From Octopus sinensis (taxonomy: Eukaryota): a stretch of 64,000 nt of DNA. Of the stretch, positions 12,952-25,796 are shown piece by piece. Under the pieces are notes generated by a model that ran no database searches, was not told where the DNA came from, and saw nothing but the letters and a program-made list of their open reading frames with translations. The stretch covers positions 61,504,001 to 61,568,000 of the forward strand of contig NC_042999.1 in the NCBI RefSeq assembly GCF_006345805.1, in the 5' to 3' direction. How positions within the stretch are numbered: the stretch's first letter is position 1; each line of letters opens with the position of its first letter. The position numbers were made by a program, and so were the translations under genes.

Positions 12952-13319
12952 TTACTATTGAGTAATTGTAACATATTATTTTATAGATATATATAATAAT
13001 ATATATATACAAGAAACTGAGTGCATGCAGATACCTATATTCAGTCATGTATGTGCGTGTGTGGTGGACGTATGAATATATCTATCAGTCTATCATTTTG
13101 TCGTCCTTTGCTTTTTTCAATTATATAACGAAAACATAATGCCATCCAATTAAAGACACAAAACGGTTCTTAAAAGTATCTACAATTCTGCTGAGAACCA
13201 GACAGAAATGGTCAATGGCGGCAAGAAACAGAATAAAAAATGAAAGTAAACGGTTTCTTACATTTGTGATAATAAAAAAGGGAGAAAGGTGTGAAAAATG
13301 TGAGGAAAACTAGTATGGA

Positions 13320-13570
13320 GATTGGGAGTTGGCAGGGCATCTTTTAGAGTGTAAACAAGGAACAAATTTGATATTGCAATTAGGTGTGAGGAACGTAAGA
13401 TAATACACCTTGCTGAATTAACTGTTCCACATAAAAAAATCAAGGTAAAGCTGAAGTCGGGAACGACAGGTGTCATAAGTGGCTACTGGAAGATTCTGTA
13501 CCTATTTATTGAAGTGATGAACACTTTCATGTTGAAGTGGATTGTAGATGATTTATTAGAAACAAAATGT
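13320..13570 (+). pseudogene. Decayed RLE-type non-LTR retrotransposon endonuclease fragment (HERO-like)
   Basis: Frameshifted translation KFDIAIRCEERKIIHLAELTVPH...HFHVEVDCR*FI resembles the PDIV..ELTVP..PVEVGCRGF restriction-like endonuclease. Confidence 0.55.
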
Positions 13571-13670
13571 GACAGTACTTGCTATCAATTATCGTCAATC
13601 ATCGTCAATCATATGCCATTATGACATTTTGAAAGAAACTACGTTATGCAGACTTTTCGATGTCCGAGTC

Positions 13671-13709
<39 letters not shown>

Positions 13710-13711
<2 letters not shown>

Positions 13712-14105
13712 TGTTGGCATCCTTTTTTTGCTTCGGAAGACAATGGAGTTGCACATAAAGTAATCTAGTCTGGCTTTTACATTTCGTGTCCTAATACATC
13801 TCCTGCTGTGGCTGAGTATCCTGGACAAACACTTCCTCTGGCAGGTGCCGCAAATGTAGCGAAGACTTTGCCTGACTGGTTGTAATGTCATAGTTTCTTG
13901 TTGACGTCTTTTCTTGTCTTTCCATTTGTCCTCTCTCCCTCTGTCACTCCTTTGTGTTCCCTCTTTTACGGTACGTTGCCAATCTCCATGGTTACTGGCA
14001 ACTGCTTCCCAGTTGCTAATATTGATGTCACTTTTGCAAACATCCTTGTAACCTAAGAAGGGTCTTCCCCCAGACCTAGTGCCCATATTTCCATATATGG
14101 ACATA
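13710..14105 (-). pseudogene. 3' end of an RTE (BovB-like) LINE
   Basis: YGNMGTRSGGRPFLGYKDVCKSD...WEAVASNHGDWQRTVKEG...CGTCQRKCLSRILSHSRRC, followed by a TCCATTGTCTTCCGAAGC...GGATGCC-(AAC) type tail. Confidence 0.8.
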
Positions 14106-14865
14106 TCTAGAAACCACTCAAATTACAGAATACAGTACTATAAGAAGAAGAAATTCGGTATTGGACTCATGAATTATGTAACCTAACGGTGGTCACATAA
14201 TTAGGGTTTCTGCCTCTTTTTTAAACTTCGTAACCAATCTGTACTCATCTCAAAACCCCATCAATTTGCTTTATGGTTAGTTGGAAACATCAATCCCAGT
14301 TTCTAAAATCTCACTCTACTGTCTTAGAGGAAATTCTCGATGGATAACAATTTTCTAGTAGTCTTGCACATCATGAAAATACTGGATGCTCGAAGAAGCT
14401 GAAAATGGCTTCACTGAGCGTTCGTCTCTCCGTTGCTTTTGAAACGTTCCAAATAAATCCACATTTTATCCTCTTATCTCAAAAGTTTACATTCGCACAA
14501 TCAAAGAATTCTATAAAGTTTAATGTTTGTGAGTTCCTCATAAACATTCTTTAATATCGCACCTGTTTGATACGTACAATTTATCTCGAATTTCGTTTCA
14601 AATATGCACTTAAGTTTATCTTTTATTTAACTATAGTGCCAGCGAGTGCTACAGTTAAATACTGATTCATAAATACACCCGCGTGCAAACGAGTACAGAC
14701 TTCGTTTGTGAATAGAATACATGTGTGTGCATGTGTGTGTTTGAGTGTGTGCGCGCGCGTGTGTATGTAAGTATGTTTTCTGCATCGTTCATGGTAGCGC
14801 TCGCACACTTTTTCCTCTCTCCAACAACCAGTTGTTGTCATTTCATGCAAATAGACCTCTGTCCA

Positions 14866-14930
<65 letters not shown>

Positions 14931-14931
14931 A

Positions 14932-14980
<49 letters not shown>

Positions 14981-16537
14981 TATAACTTTATCTATCTATC
15001 GATCGAGCGATCTATGCTATTCTATTCTATCTATAATCTTTTTTTTTTTGCATTATACTTACCTTCCAAATGCTCTCTCTGTCAAACAAGTTCACCTATC
15101 ACATTATTTTTCTCTATTGCGTACCTTTTTTTTATTCTCTCTCTCTCTCTCTCTCTTTTAATTTTCTTTCTATATGATACTAACTGAATTACAAATAGTT
15201 GGTAGGTAATTGTATATTAGTATTTTTGTATTTGTTTTTGTATAGTGTGTGTAAAAAACATCCTGATGAGGGGAGTGTCAGTTTTGATAATATCAAATAT
15301 ATCATATTTCTTGGCACGTCTCTGATGGAACTCTGATTTTTTTTTTATTTTTCGTGTTATTTTTCGGAGGTTTTAAATACGTCCTTTTAATGTTTCATCA
15401 TCCCGAATTTTTAATTATACCAATATTCTATAACTTTTAGAATGTAAATTCACTGTGTTTTGTCTGTAACACCGATTATATCTATTTATATATATCTTTA
15501 TATATTTTATATCTGGAATCTATACATCTGTTTGTAAATGTGGAAGAATATATGAATATATGTATCTATTTGATCTTTGAGTGTGGATCTTAATTATGTT
15601 CCTTTAGTTTCTGCTTGCATTCCTTCCGGTCAATTTAAGAAGTGAGGTATAGCTCACTTGGAGCACTACAACTCCAGTCTGTATTTTTTGCGAGCATTGT
15701 TAAAAAAATCAATCTCTAAATAAAGCTGTGTATTTTATAATACTAACTATATATATGTATATATATATGCATATCACTGTGTAGCTTTTTCCCCTTTGTC
15801 TTTTTCTCAAATCACTAGTACTCTTATCTTCCGTAGCCTCCCACACGTCAACACTTAATCTTCCTCTCTTTGAAACCACGAGATCTATTACATTGTCCGC
15901 TCTTGTGGTCAGTTACTCTTTCTCTAACTCTGAGCTTGTCTAAGAATTTTAGAGCAGCTCCAGCTCTTAGTTTGTCCTACTTATGGAAAATATATATATT
16001 TTTTTTAATTTCACATATTCTTCTATGTCCGAAAGGACGAATTTTCTTTTTCTTTTTTCTCGCGATATTTCATACAAACACATCTTTGTCTCAAAGATGC
16101 AAAGTAATAGTTGCATACGAATATAGATCTGTATCGCTTATTATCTTTCTTTTTACTGCCTTTGGTTGGTTGTTTGATTATTTCATTACACACACACAAA
16201 CACGCACACACACACACACACACACGTACACACTAACGTGTGGGTGGGGTGTATGTATCCTTTCTCCTCATAGCTCGTCTTTATTTACCGATCGGTCTGC
16301 GACCTCATCCTTCATTGTACTTGTCACATATGTTTTTTTCCTTTTCGTGTTTGATTTTCTTGTCTGCTCATTCACTCATTTATACCCAACGGCTTATGTC
16401 ATTGACAGAACCAAGCTGAATAATAATGGTAAGTGTCTTTTCCTGATTTTCCCTATCTTTCTTTGTCGTTCTCTGAGTCATATTTCTATTACAATTTCAC
16501 AAACACACACACACGCACACATACACACATACTTATA

Positions 16538-17250
16538 CGGGGTGGCGCAGAGAGGACGGTCGTTTTCAAAAAATTCACAAGATCATTAATTTCTGCTGCA
16601 AAAATTTTTTATTGACATCAGTGCATTCGTATTGAATTAGCATTTGTTAAACATATGTCCGGAAAAAACATCCATCATGTGATGTCCGTTTTCCTCGATG
16701 CATCTCTGAAGGCGTTCTTGGAAGGTGGCCTCCACCCTCTCCAGTATTGCTCTGCGTATAGTCCCATAGTTTCAACTGTTGCCCAATGACCAATGTATAC
16801 GGGGGGAAATGCAGGTCTTCATGAAAAATACGCCTTACCGATCGATTACCGATGCCAAGTTCAGTGAAATGCCTCCGAGCAGAGCGATTCGGACTCTGTA
16901 TCGAAGCTTGTCTGCCGCGTTCCACATCTTCCAGTGTCTGTACCGGGAGTGGAATTCGCACTAGTCTCCTTTTCATTAGTGCACCACGTGTACGAAGTGC
17001 CTGATTTCGATGAATGTTGAAATAGCACCGAAACTCACGCTGAACTGCTGTAACAGACTCGTTATTCTTCACGTTAATCTCGTAGACAAACCCGCGATGA
17101 TCTATCGTCCACAACACCATGGCTTCACCTGAACAGAAAAACAAAATGCTAAGACACCACTGACCGAATAGTACCTTTCGGACATATGTTCCTTCCCATG
17201 GAGCTGAATAATAGCCATTTCAAAACGTCCGCCCTCTTCGCCACACCCTG
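16538..17250 (-). mobile_element. Internally deleted maT/rosa-like (IS630-Tc1-mariner) element
   Basis: Degenerate TIRs of about 30 bp (C(A/G)GGGTG...CGTTTT) with TA at the left end. N-terminus MVLWTIDHRGFVYEINVKNNESVTAVQREFR..NIHRN...SPNRSARRH..VRRIFHEDLHF is joined to the C-terminus RVEATFQERLQRCIEENGHH; the catalytic domain is absent, so DD spacing cannot be counted. Confidence 0.75.
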
Positions 17251-17699
17251 AATATATGTATGTATACACACAAAACACACACGCACAAACACACATATAT
17301 GTATATGTATGTATACACTTATACACACAGTGTACTACTCGCTTTTTGGTAGGATCAGCGAAAAAGTATTTAGTCCAGCGAGAGATAAGTATTATTTGCT
17401 AAAAAAAAAGTAGGGTATATATGCTAGCTGCTTCAAGTTTCATGTAGAGATAAATATATTAATCGGGCAGCCTTCTATAGGGTAGTATGTGCTATATGGG
17501 GATGAAAGATGAAGCTACAATATGTACCATACACACACGCACACACACATGTATGTGTTTATCTATGTAGGTATGAATGTACGTATGTATGTGTGTATGT
17601 ATATATGCATGTATGTATGCATGCATGTACGTATTATATATGTGTGTATGTATGTATATATATATGTGTGTATGTGTGTGTTTCCTTCTATTTTTAATT

Positions 17700-17912
17700 A
17701 TTATAAATCTTCCAGTGAGGAGGGAGCCGGTTTCAAACAGAGATACAAGGCTCCATCTTTGGGACAAATTCACATTTGAAACTTGAGAAATGTCTTGCAT
17801 ATTTTTACTGTTCCACTCACAGATTTCACTTGTAATGTACGAATTACCCTGTCGATTTCCCAGTTTACCCAGCTTCTCCTTTAAGCATTTACTAATAAAA
17901 CCTAGTGCTCCA
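17700..17912 (-). pseudogene. 3' end of an R2/R4-type RLE non-LTR retrotransposon
   Basis: IIGALGFISKCLKEKLGKLG matches the terminal IIGALG RLE motif; followed by a short 3' UTR. Confidence 0.6.
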
Positions 17913-19029
17913 ATTATTGTATGTATGTATGCATGTATGTATGTATGTATGTATGTATGTATGTATGTATGTATGTATGTATGTATGTATGTATTATTTA
18001 TTATGCATGTACGCATGTATGTATATACAGAATAGGTGTATGCAATGCGAAATAAAGTTCTGTACAGGAATAATACCATTATTAAATAGTTGGATTATTC
18101 GTCAGATACATTACGACTGTTGTTTTCGCCATTTCCGGTTTTTCAGGTAATGATTATAATTCACCTATTCGTGTTAATTGCAAGAATAACAATGGGGGGA
18201 AACTTTACTCCATAATATCTGAATTGTCTGCTGCGCATTTCTGTTATCCATTAGATGCATTTTTATAATATCTGTGTACTCCTTTCAATATGAAAATCGA
18301 AACGTTTATATGTTTCTGTATAAATAAATATCTACGTATTCATTAGACTTTGCTTAGTATACATTTTCATGCGTACCTACATTAATGTATTCACTTGTAA
18401 AGTATTATACAAATCTGACTGTCTATTCGTTTTGTGTGCGTGCCAAGACAACACACAAAAGGGGAAAAGAGATAGGTTGCTATTATACTACACAAATGAA
18501 TACAGTAAAATGGAGGCAAACAAAGGGAAGTCACTCTCACTTCACTACACTTTATGCTTCTACATTCGCTTCTATATGAAAATTTAAACGTCCATTTTTC
18601 TGATTGTATGTGTTTGCATATTTTTGTATTATATGTGTGTATGGGTTTTATACATTAGCGTATTTATTTGAACAGTATAATATTCCCTTCTTTTTCTTTT
18701 GTACGGTAGCCAGGAAAATGAACCATCGCTTGATACATCAATCATAAACAAAAGGAAAGAAGTCCCACCCCGCTACACACCTCACACAGGCACAATGCAT
18801 TGATGTGGAAAGCATCAAACTATAAAAGACCACAAAACAAATACTCACAACCATTAAAACTTGAAATAGTATATGCTTGTATAACGATATGTTAGAGAAA
18901 AGATTTTCGTTTTACATGTGAATATGTTAATATGCCAGAATTTTTCTCCCAGTTTGTTTATAAACAACACACATAACACGTACACATGTACACACATACA
19001 TACACACTCATATATATACACGCATATAA

Positions 19030-19066
<37 letters not shown>

Positions 19067-19521
19067 ATATATATATGCATATATAAATGCATATATGTAT
19101 GTATATATGTATGTATATATATGCATATATATATATATATATGTATATATATATCCTCATCATCATCATTACCATCACCACTGCAATTTCTGTTTTGCTA
19201 AAATGCCAGTATAGCGTTATTTCAAAATATTTTTGAAGAAGGGAAATCCGAAAACAGCTTACTGAAACATTATAGATATGTTCTTTTTCATTTAGTATTT
19301 TGCACATAATAACTAACGGTGGTAGAATTATTAGGGAAGAAAAAGAAACGGAATTCTTAATTATTGCTCTAACAATCAGTGCAAAGAACTAGTTCAGTTA
19401 CAATGGGTTGTACAGTAGCTGGCAGAGAGCCCGTCTATTGAGTTATTATTAAATATATTATGCAAGTGTATGTACGCGTGTGTATGTAAACATACGTGTG
19501 TGTGTATAGACATAAATATAC

Positions 19522-19553
<32 letters not shown>

Positions 19554-19562
19554 TATATATAT

Positions 19563-19604
<42 letters not shown>

Positions 19605-20177
19605 TGTGTGTGTGTATGTTATATACCCTATTGAATCTAAATGTACTTTATATATATATATATATATATATATAAATATATCTATATATATATATATACA
19701 TATATATACATGTATGTGTGTATGAATGTATGTATATAGTTATGAGTATCTCTATGCGTCTGGTTGTGCGTGTGTTGCTCTCCAGGTGGTTGCTTTTCAA
19801 ATCATGATATATTGAGGAGAGATGTCTTCGATTTTAATATTTTTATCAATGTTTATTATTATTTTTTTTTCATATATTTCCTCTTTAGTTTTTGACGTTT
19901 TATTTGGAACAGCATGACTGATGATCCCACGAGTATTTCAACAAATTCTTCACATGATAACGATGCACACTGGTAGTGCTTTTGTTGAGGGTAGCAAGGG
20001 ATTGTATGCAAGACTTTATAAATATTAAAAATTGTCATAGCTGCTTTGTAAATGATGTATCAATTAACCCAATTATATCCATAGATTATTAGACTGCTGG
20101 TGCGTACTTGTGTTGAATTTTAGTTTGTATTTTTTATTTAGATAAAGCATCCAAATTATTACTTAAAATTATACAAT

Positions 20178-20218
20178 ACTAGCACTATGACCAGGCAACG
20201 CCGGGTCAAAGTGCTAGT
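20178..20218 (+). mobile_element. Helitron-like 3' terminal hairpin ending in CTAGT
   Basis: ACTAGCACT-A-TGACC-A-GGC-AAC-GCC-G-GGTCA-A-AGTGCTAGT; a GC hairpin just upstream of CTAG is the Helitron 3' signature. The 5' end was not located. Confidence 0.45.
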
Positions 20219-21395
20219 GCATGCACATACACGCGAGTACTGTCCAAATCTCCGACCAATCACATACAGCTAGCTGGCATTCAATTGGCGTATCGAGTTT
20301 CGGGCATTTTGATTGGGTTTTGGATAGAAAATTAACAAAAATGTCACTTCTATTGATGTTTTAAGGGCTTTGCGGGGTAACTGGGGAAATGTAAAGATGT
20401 GCACGACCATTCCTGGTCGGTTTTCAATGACCATAGAAAGTGCGAGCGCTCTAACTGACAAATTGTGGATTTGTATAAAGGATACACACACGCACAGACG
20501 GACACTGTGCCGTTTATATATATAGAGATATCATTATTATGGTCTTCTGTATAGCTTTGCTTCATATTCAAAAGCAGGAATTTATTGTAATGCATGGTGG
20601 ACAAAGGAAAGGATGTTTGTACAACATGGCGGGTAGACTCAGAAAAGTTTTGTCTTCCGTGTTTATTTTATAATTTGTAAAGCGCAATGGGTGTCTTGTT
20701 GAATTCTAGATTCCAGATTTCATTTCTTTTTTTCTTTATATAGATACTGGCTCTTTATACGGCCTGTAAGACCAGAGAAGGGAGAAAATGTAGCCTATTC
20801 TTATGAAGGCAACAAGTCAGGTCTTCTCAAACTTAATGCATGATTCTGGGATTGAAATGACTTTACAGTGGGCCGAAACGAAACCAGCCGTTCTATATTC
20901 GAGAACGCGATTTCAGCTCAGAACAGAAAGATTCGAAACAAATACTGCAAGCATCTGGTGTGGCTTTCTCGCAGTTTGTTTAATACTTTGTCCCAGATTA
21001 CTACTGTTATGTTATCGATCACCAAATTAAATAAGATAAAGTAGAACACTTCAGAATTTGAATTCAGTACGAAGAGACGTAGAACATATTCAGCGAAGGT
21101 CCTGTAACGTATCATTCTGTTGTCAAATACTATTTATTTGACACGAGTCACACGCATACTATAAACCCACTTTTTTTTCCGTCGTGGGCTTATATGAACC
21201 AATATTTAAATTATTTTCTTTAGTCAATACACGGGAATTGCTTATAAGCTTTAACCTTATAAAGTATTATTATTTACAGAATTGTAACCTTGACACTGAT
21301 TATCAAATCATTGCAGAAAACGCGCATGTTCGACTGTATGTATACATGTATGTATGTATGTATGTATGTATGTATGTATGTATGTATGTATGTAT

Positions 21396-21868
21396 ATATA
21401 TGGCGTGTCCTAGAACACCGACGATAATAATTAATTTTATTGTATCGCATTTGACTTTGTTTACGTATTTTCTCGATAAATCTTTGAGCGTTAGACGATA
21501 TACCAGAAAACCCTATTTTGTCGGGTACGTTCTGAGTCTGCGCAGTGATTTGAATAGTTTAGAAAGAGCAATTTAATAGACGCACGCGCCTTTATTGATG
21601 TGCGCTTCCCATAATAACAGGAATCTTACTGAAGAGCCTACCTGAGTAAATAAATATTATTTTTATTGGTGAAATAGGCGAAACTGCAGTCTAAGAAGAA
21701 CTAAGTTTGTAAAAGTTTTTAATTTTCATCTCATTAAATTTATCCAGCTTTTGTGTATCTAGTACACACTTCGCCTTTGAATGTACTTATATATGAATAA
21801 TATATGGCGTGTCCTAGAACACCGGCGATAATAATTAATTTTATTGTATCGCATTTGACTTTGTTTAC

Positions 21869-21872
<4 letters not shown>
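21396..21872 (+). mobile_element. 404-bp HHR-containing unit with 73-bp terminal direct repeat (retrozyme or non-autonomous PLE-like)
   Basis: 21396-21468 equals 21800-21872 (72/73); no substantial recognisable ORF; internal canonical HHR; flanked by (TATG)n and (TA)n. Confidence 0.7.
21624..21696 (+). ncRNA. Type-I hammerhead ribozyme, intact core
   Basis: Helix I TCTTA/TAAGA; CTGAAGA (21629-21635); helix II GCCTA/TAGGC; GAAA; palindromic helix III ACTGCAGT; GUC site, predicted cut after C21691. Confidence 0.85.
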
Positions 21873-21933
<61 letters not shown>

Positions 21934-22066
21934 CCAGTAATTTTTACTAGTTTCATCTTGTCTCTTTGTTTTCTCTCCGTGTTGATATATGGCCAATTAA
22001 GGTGGTTTTAGAGTCAGATCATGGCTGCTATTTTCAGCATGGTGTTATTTCGTAGATACCCTAATT

Positions 22067-22144
<78 letters not shown>

Positions 22145-22756
22145 TGTATGTGTATGCACGCACACATCCACACACACACTCATATATATATACCAACATA
22201 GTTTAATTTGTAATGAAAGTGTAACGCATCACAGGAGATTCCATGTCATAAAAGAAGCCTCCGGTTAAAGTAAGTGTGAATCTATATTATCGTTTATAGT
22301 ACCAGCATGTTCACGAGAACCGGCATTGAAATTGATTTTGCATAGAGAGTAATTGAAAATAGGTATGTATATATATATATTAAGCGAGCGAAGTTTTCTC
22401 TTTTTCAATTATAACTACATAATTCATTCCTCAAACGCTGGTGAGTCATTATATTTCCATTGAAACATGACATGAAGAGTGGTGGTTAAAGGCATATATT
22501 TCGCCTGGATCGGTTCTGTTCTGTATGGTTTTGAGAAAATGGGCAACGTATTCTCGTATTTCAAGAAGTTTCCAGTGCGAATAATTGATTCAGTATGCAA
22601 ATATTCGTATAATAACACAAACAAGCTAGATATAGAATTACATATAACTGTAATTATTAGATTTCATCTGTTGAACACACGCTTAACCATTCACTTCTTC
22701 GTCTGTAATATCGGAGTCTTCATAAAATATTTGAGTAATGACATTGCAGTTACTGG

Positions 22757-23036
22757 TTGCTGTTGCTGTTGAGCGAAGCGGTCTTCGTCCCAGATTGGGA
22801 GAAGTCCGAAACGTGGTCCTTTGTTATTCGTAAGACCGCAGAAGAGAAAGCAGGTCAACCCCCGACACCGAGAGCATCGACGGATGGATGAATGTGCATC
22901 CAGGCTCAGCAGTTGCACAGGAAGTCGGGGACAAGAAATAGGAAGAAAGAGTGAGAGGAAGTTGGGGCGAAAGAGTACAACAGGGGTCGCCACCACCCTC
23001 TGCCGGAGCCTAACCACTGGGCCATTGCGCCTCCAC
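22757..23036 (-). mobile_element. SINE with family-A body, deleted B box and a distinct tail; 13-bp TSD
   Basis: TTGCAGTTA(C/T)TGG flanks at 22744-22756 and 23037-23049; the head GTGGAGGCGCAATGGCCCAGTGGTTAG joins directly to GCTCCGGCAG. Confidence 0.75.
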
Positions 23037-23235
23037 TTGCAGTTATTGGAAGTAAGAAGGGATACATTTTGCTTTCATCTCAATATTGATTGGTATTTTC
23101 TTTTTTTTTTTTTTGTAATTTTAATTTATAGCATCGATTAATAGAATTATTGGAAAATTCTAAATTGACACACAAACATGCATTCATAAAAATTCATGTT
23201 TGCAAACATATATGTGCCTACGTGTTCGTGTGTGT

Positions 23236-23278
<43 letters not shown>

Positions 23279-23509
23279 TGTGGTAATACTGTTTCTTACT
23301 AAAGGAAGGAAAATAGAAATTATAGCTTTTCGCTATCAGATTTGTCGATATAACTCATATTGTGTTATCTTTGGACTTCCAATCTTCTTGATTTTTGTTC
23401 TGTGTATTTTCTTTCCAAATTCTATCGTTCTTATGGTGCTTCTGCGAAGAACTACCATTCGAAATACCAAGACTTTACTCTTTCTTTTTAAAATTTAACA
23501 CATTTGGCA

Positions 23510-23786
23510 AAACGAGCCCCTTTCGGGGTCGATTAGATAAATACCAGTTACGCACTGGACTCGATATAATCTATCCCCTTGTAGCCCTTGTTGGCAGTAA
23601 AGAAATTTGAACCGTTAGCATGGGGCGCAAAAGACTTAGCGGCATCTTGTCCGTCTTTACGTCATGAGTTCAGATTCTACCGGGATGGATTTGCCTTTCA
23701 TCATTCCGGTGTCAATAAATTAAGCATTGGGGTCGATGTAATCAACTTACCGACTCCTCGAAATTGCTGTCTTTATGCCAAAATTT
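23510..23786 (+). mobile_element. Two tandem partial family C/D SINE units, interrupted near the 3' end by a family-B SINE
   Basis: Central motif present twice; the terminal GCCAAAATTT-AAAACCAAT is split by the 23787-24017 insertion. Confidence 0.7.
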
Positions 23787-24017
23787 GGTGGAGGCACATG
23801 GCTCAGTGGTTAGGGTGTTGGATTCATTTTTGTGTCTGTGATTTCGATTCCTGGACCGGGCGACTCGTTGTGTTCTTGAGCAAAATATTTCACTTCACGT
23901 TGCTTTAGTCCACTCAGTTGGTAAAACTGAGTAATCCTGCAACGGACCGGCGTACAGCATGAAAACCGGGAAACCGGCCCTCATGAGCGTGGAATGGCTC
24001 GAAAAGAAAACACATTA
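23787..24017 (+). mobile_element. Family-B SINE nested in a family C/D SINE, 15-bp TSD
   Basis: TTTATGCCAAAATTT at 23772-23786 and 24018-24032; head TGGCTCAGTGG...TTCGATTCC. Confidence 0.85.
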
Positions 24018-25796
24018 TTTATGCCAAAATTTAAAACCAATATTTTAGGTATATATACAAGCGAACCAAGGTATCAACTAGTACATATTTTCATAACTAT
24101 CCAACATATTCACGGCATATTTTTCAGATGTAAGGCAATTGAATCATAAGGGATAGTGTTTATAATTGGGAGTGGGAAAAATTTAGTTACTGGGGCAAAA
24201 TGAGTCATTTCTGATTCTTTACTTGTTTGAAACCATTACATTGCAAATATTGCATCTTTCAAAGTAAAATTAGGTCAAGTATAGTTGTTGTTGAACTTGA
24301 AAGATTAGAAACATAGACGTACCAGGTGTTAATTTAAAAGTAAGTTTTCTTTAACTTTGACCCGTTTTTAATTGAGGTTTCTAATAAAAGAACTGTATAA
24401 TTTTTCGTGTCAAACAATCAAAACTCTTTTCTCTGTTGGGTTCCATACTAATTGATAATTTTCCAAAGCTTATGTCAAAAGTATTGCAAAATGAAGAATA
24501 ATTAATTTCAACAATTTCATATTTTTAACAGCATGGCGCGCAAATATATCTGGAAGAGAGCCACTCCAAACGATCGTGAAGAAGCTACAAAGAATATTTT
24601 ACGTTGAGATTTCAGATTTAGTCGAGTTTCTCTAATTTCATACCGTGCCACTTTTCCAGATCCTCTTTCACTTGACCTAAATATTTCTACTTTTTGTTAC
24701 ATTTCCGATATTTCTCAGGTCTGAGGAGGAATATTAATAGCTTTCTTTTCAAATGGAATTTTACAAAATTAAAGAGACAAATTTACCTTAGTTTGTATTA
24801 TTCATTTTGCCTCATCTAAATTTGTCTGTTTTATGCTGAAAGACAATGGAGGCAATTTTCTGAAGTATTCTTCTGAATATGTTATAGTATTTAAAATTCA
24901 TTTGGGGAAGGTGATTTGCTTAGCTGATATAGTTTTGTTAAGGTAATGAACAGTACTAATTTGTTTTTCTCAAAGTCAACAATACAAAAAATATTATACA
25001 TTGTGACTCCCCTCCCAACATCCCACCCGCATATATATTGTGGTCGAATAATTAACTAGACAGGGAGACGAAGTTTGTAGTAAAAGATATAGATGTGTGT
25101 GGTGGGAACACCTAAATGGGAAAAGTATGAGTGAGGCAACGGAAGTCTGACTAGATAAGGGGCAGGCAAAGCGGTGGTATTGAGTGACCTAGAGAAGGAT
25201 GAAGAAAGTAAAGAAAGAGAGAAGGACCAGGCTAAAGGGAGATGAAGTAGAAAGTTGTTAAGGGTGAGTCATCCAGTGCAAGATGTTTAGTATTTGCACA
25301 ATAGTCATAAACAAGGGCTATAAAGGGCTATAAAGATAAGAAATGTAAGTGATGGGGTATGCAGGTCAGTTGAAAGGAAGCATATTAATTATATCAGACC
25401 GAGAATAGGTAAGAAATAAAACGAAACTTATCAAAGAATAGAGATAAGCATTGTATTGTGCGACTGTGTCATGTATAAGTGTCATATAAACGGGAGTGGG
25501 TGAAGGTCAGTGAGGACATATGACAGTAAACTACTAACTCAAGAGACGAGAAGGGGTAATAAGTTAGTGTTTACAATAGACGAGAAGGCGATGTTGGCCA
25601 TCGGAGTGACGTAATCATTCATAGAACACAACAATAAAAAAAATTAGCTGCAAAGTCCATCTGAAGTGGATTTGAGACCAGAATCTGGAGAATTAATGAG
25701 AAGCATGTTTAAAGCGTCATCAAATCTACCAAGTCACTATCAATAATATCGCTAATAACAATAAAAAAATTTTAAATTGATATATCTGTATATTTG

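Larger units (their letters stand above)
11261..12988 (-). mobile_element. 5'-truncated Penelope-like retroelement: inverted pLTR (12871-12988), ORF remnant, low-complexity 3' region, sense pLTR (about 11261-11453)
   Basis: A 117-bp inverted repeat pair (11337-11453 vs 12871-12988, 4 differences) brackets a GIY-YIG-type ORF remnant; the right copy is fused directly to the truncated ORF. The left boundary is approximate, and inclusion of 11460-12180 is inferred. Confidence 0.7.

Noticed and set aside
15263-15720. CTGATGAGGGGAG motif with possible helix II next to a weakly PLE-like decayed frame
   Set aside because: GAAA is replaced by GATGG and the protein similarity is too weak to support.
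15870-16589. 239-aa ORF
   Set aside because: Low-complexity T-rich sequence running into (CA)n and a transposon TIR; no domain.
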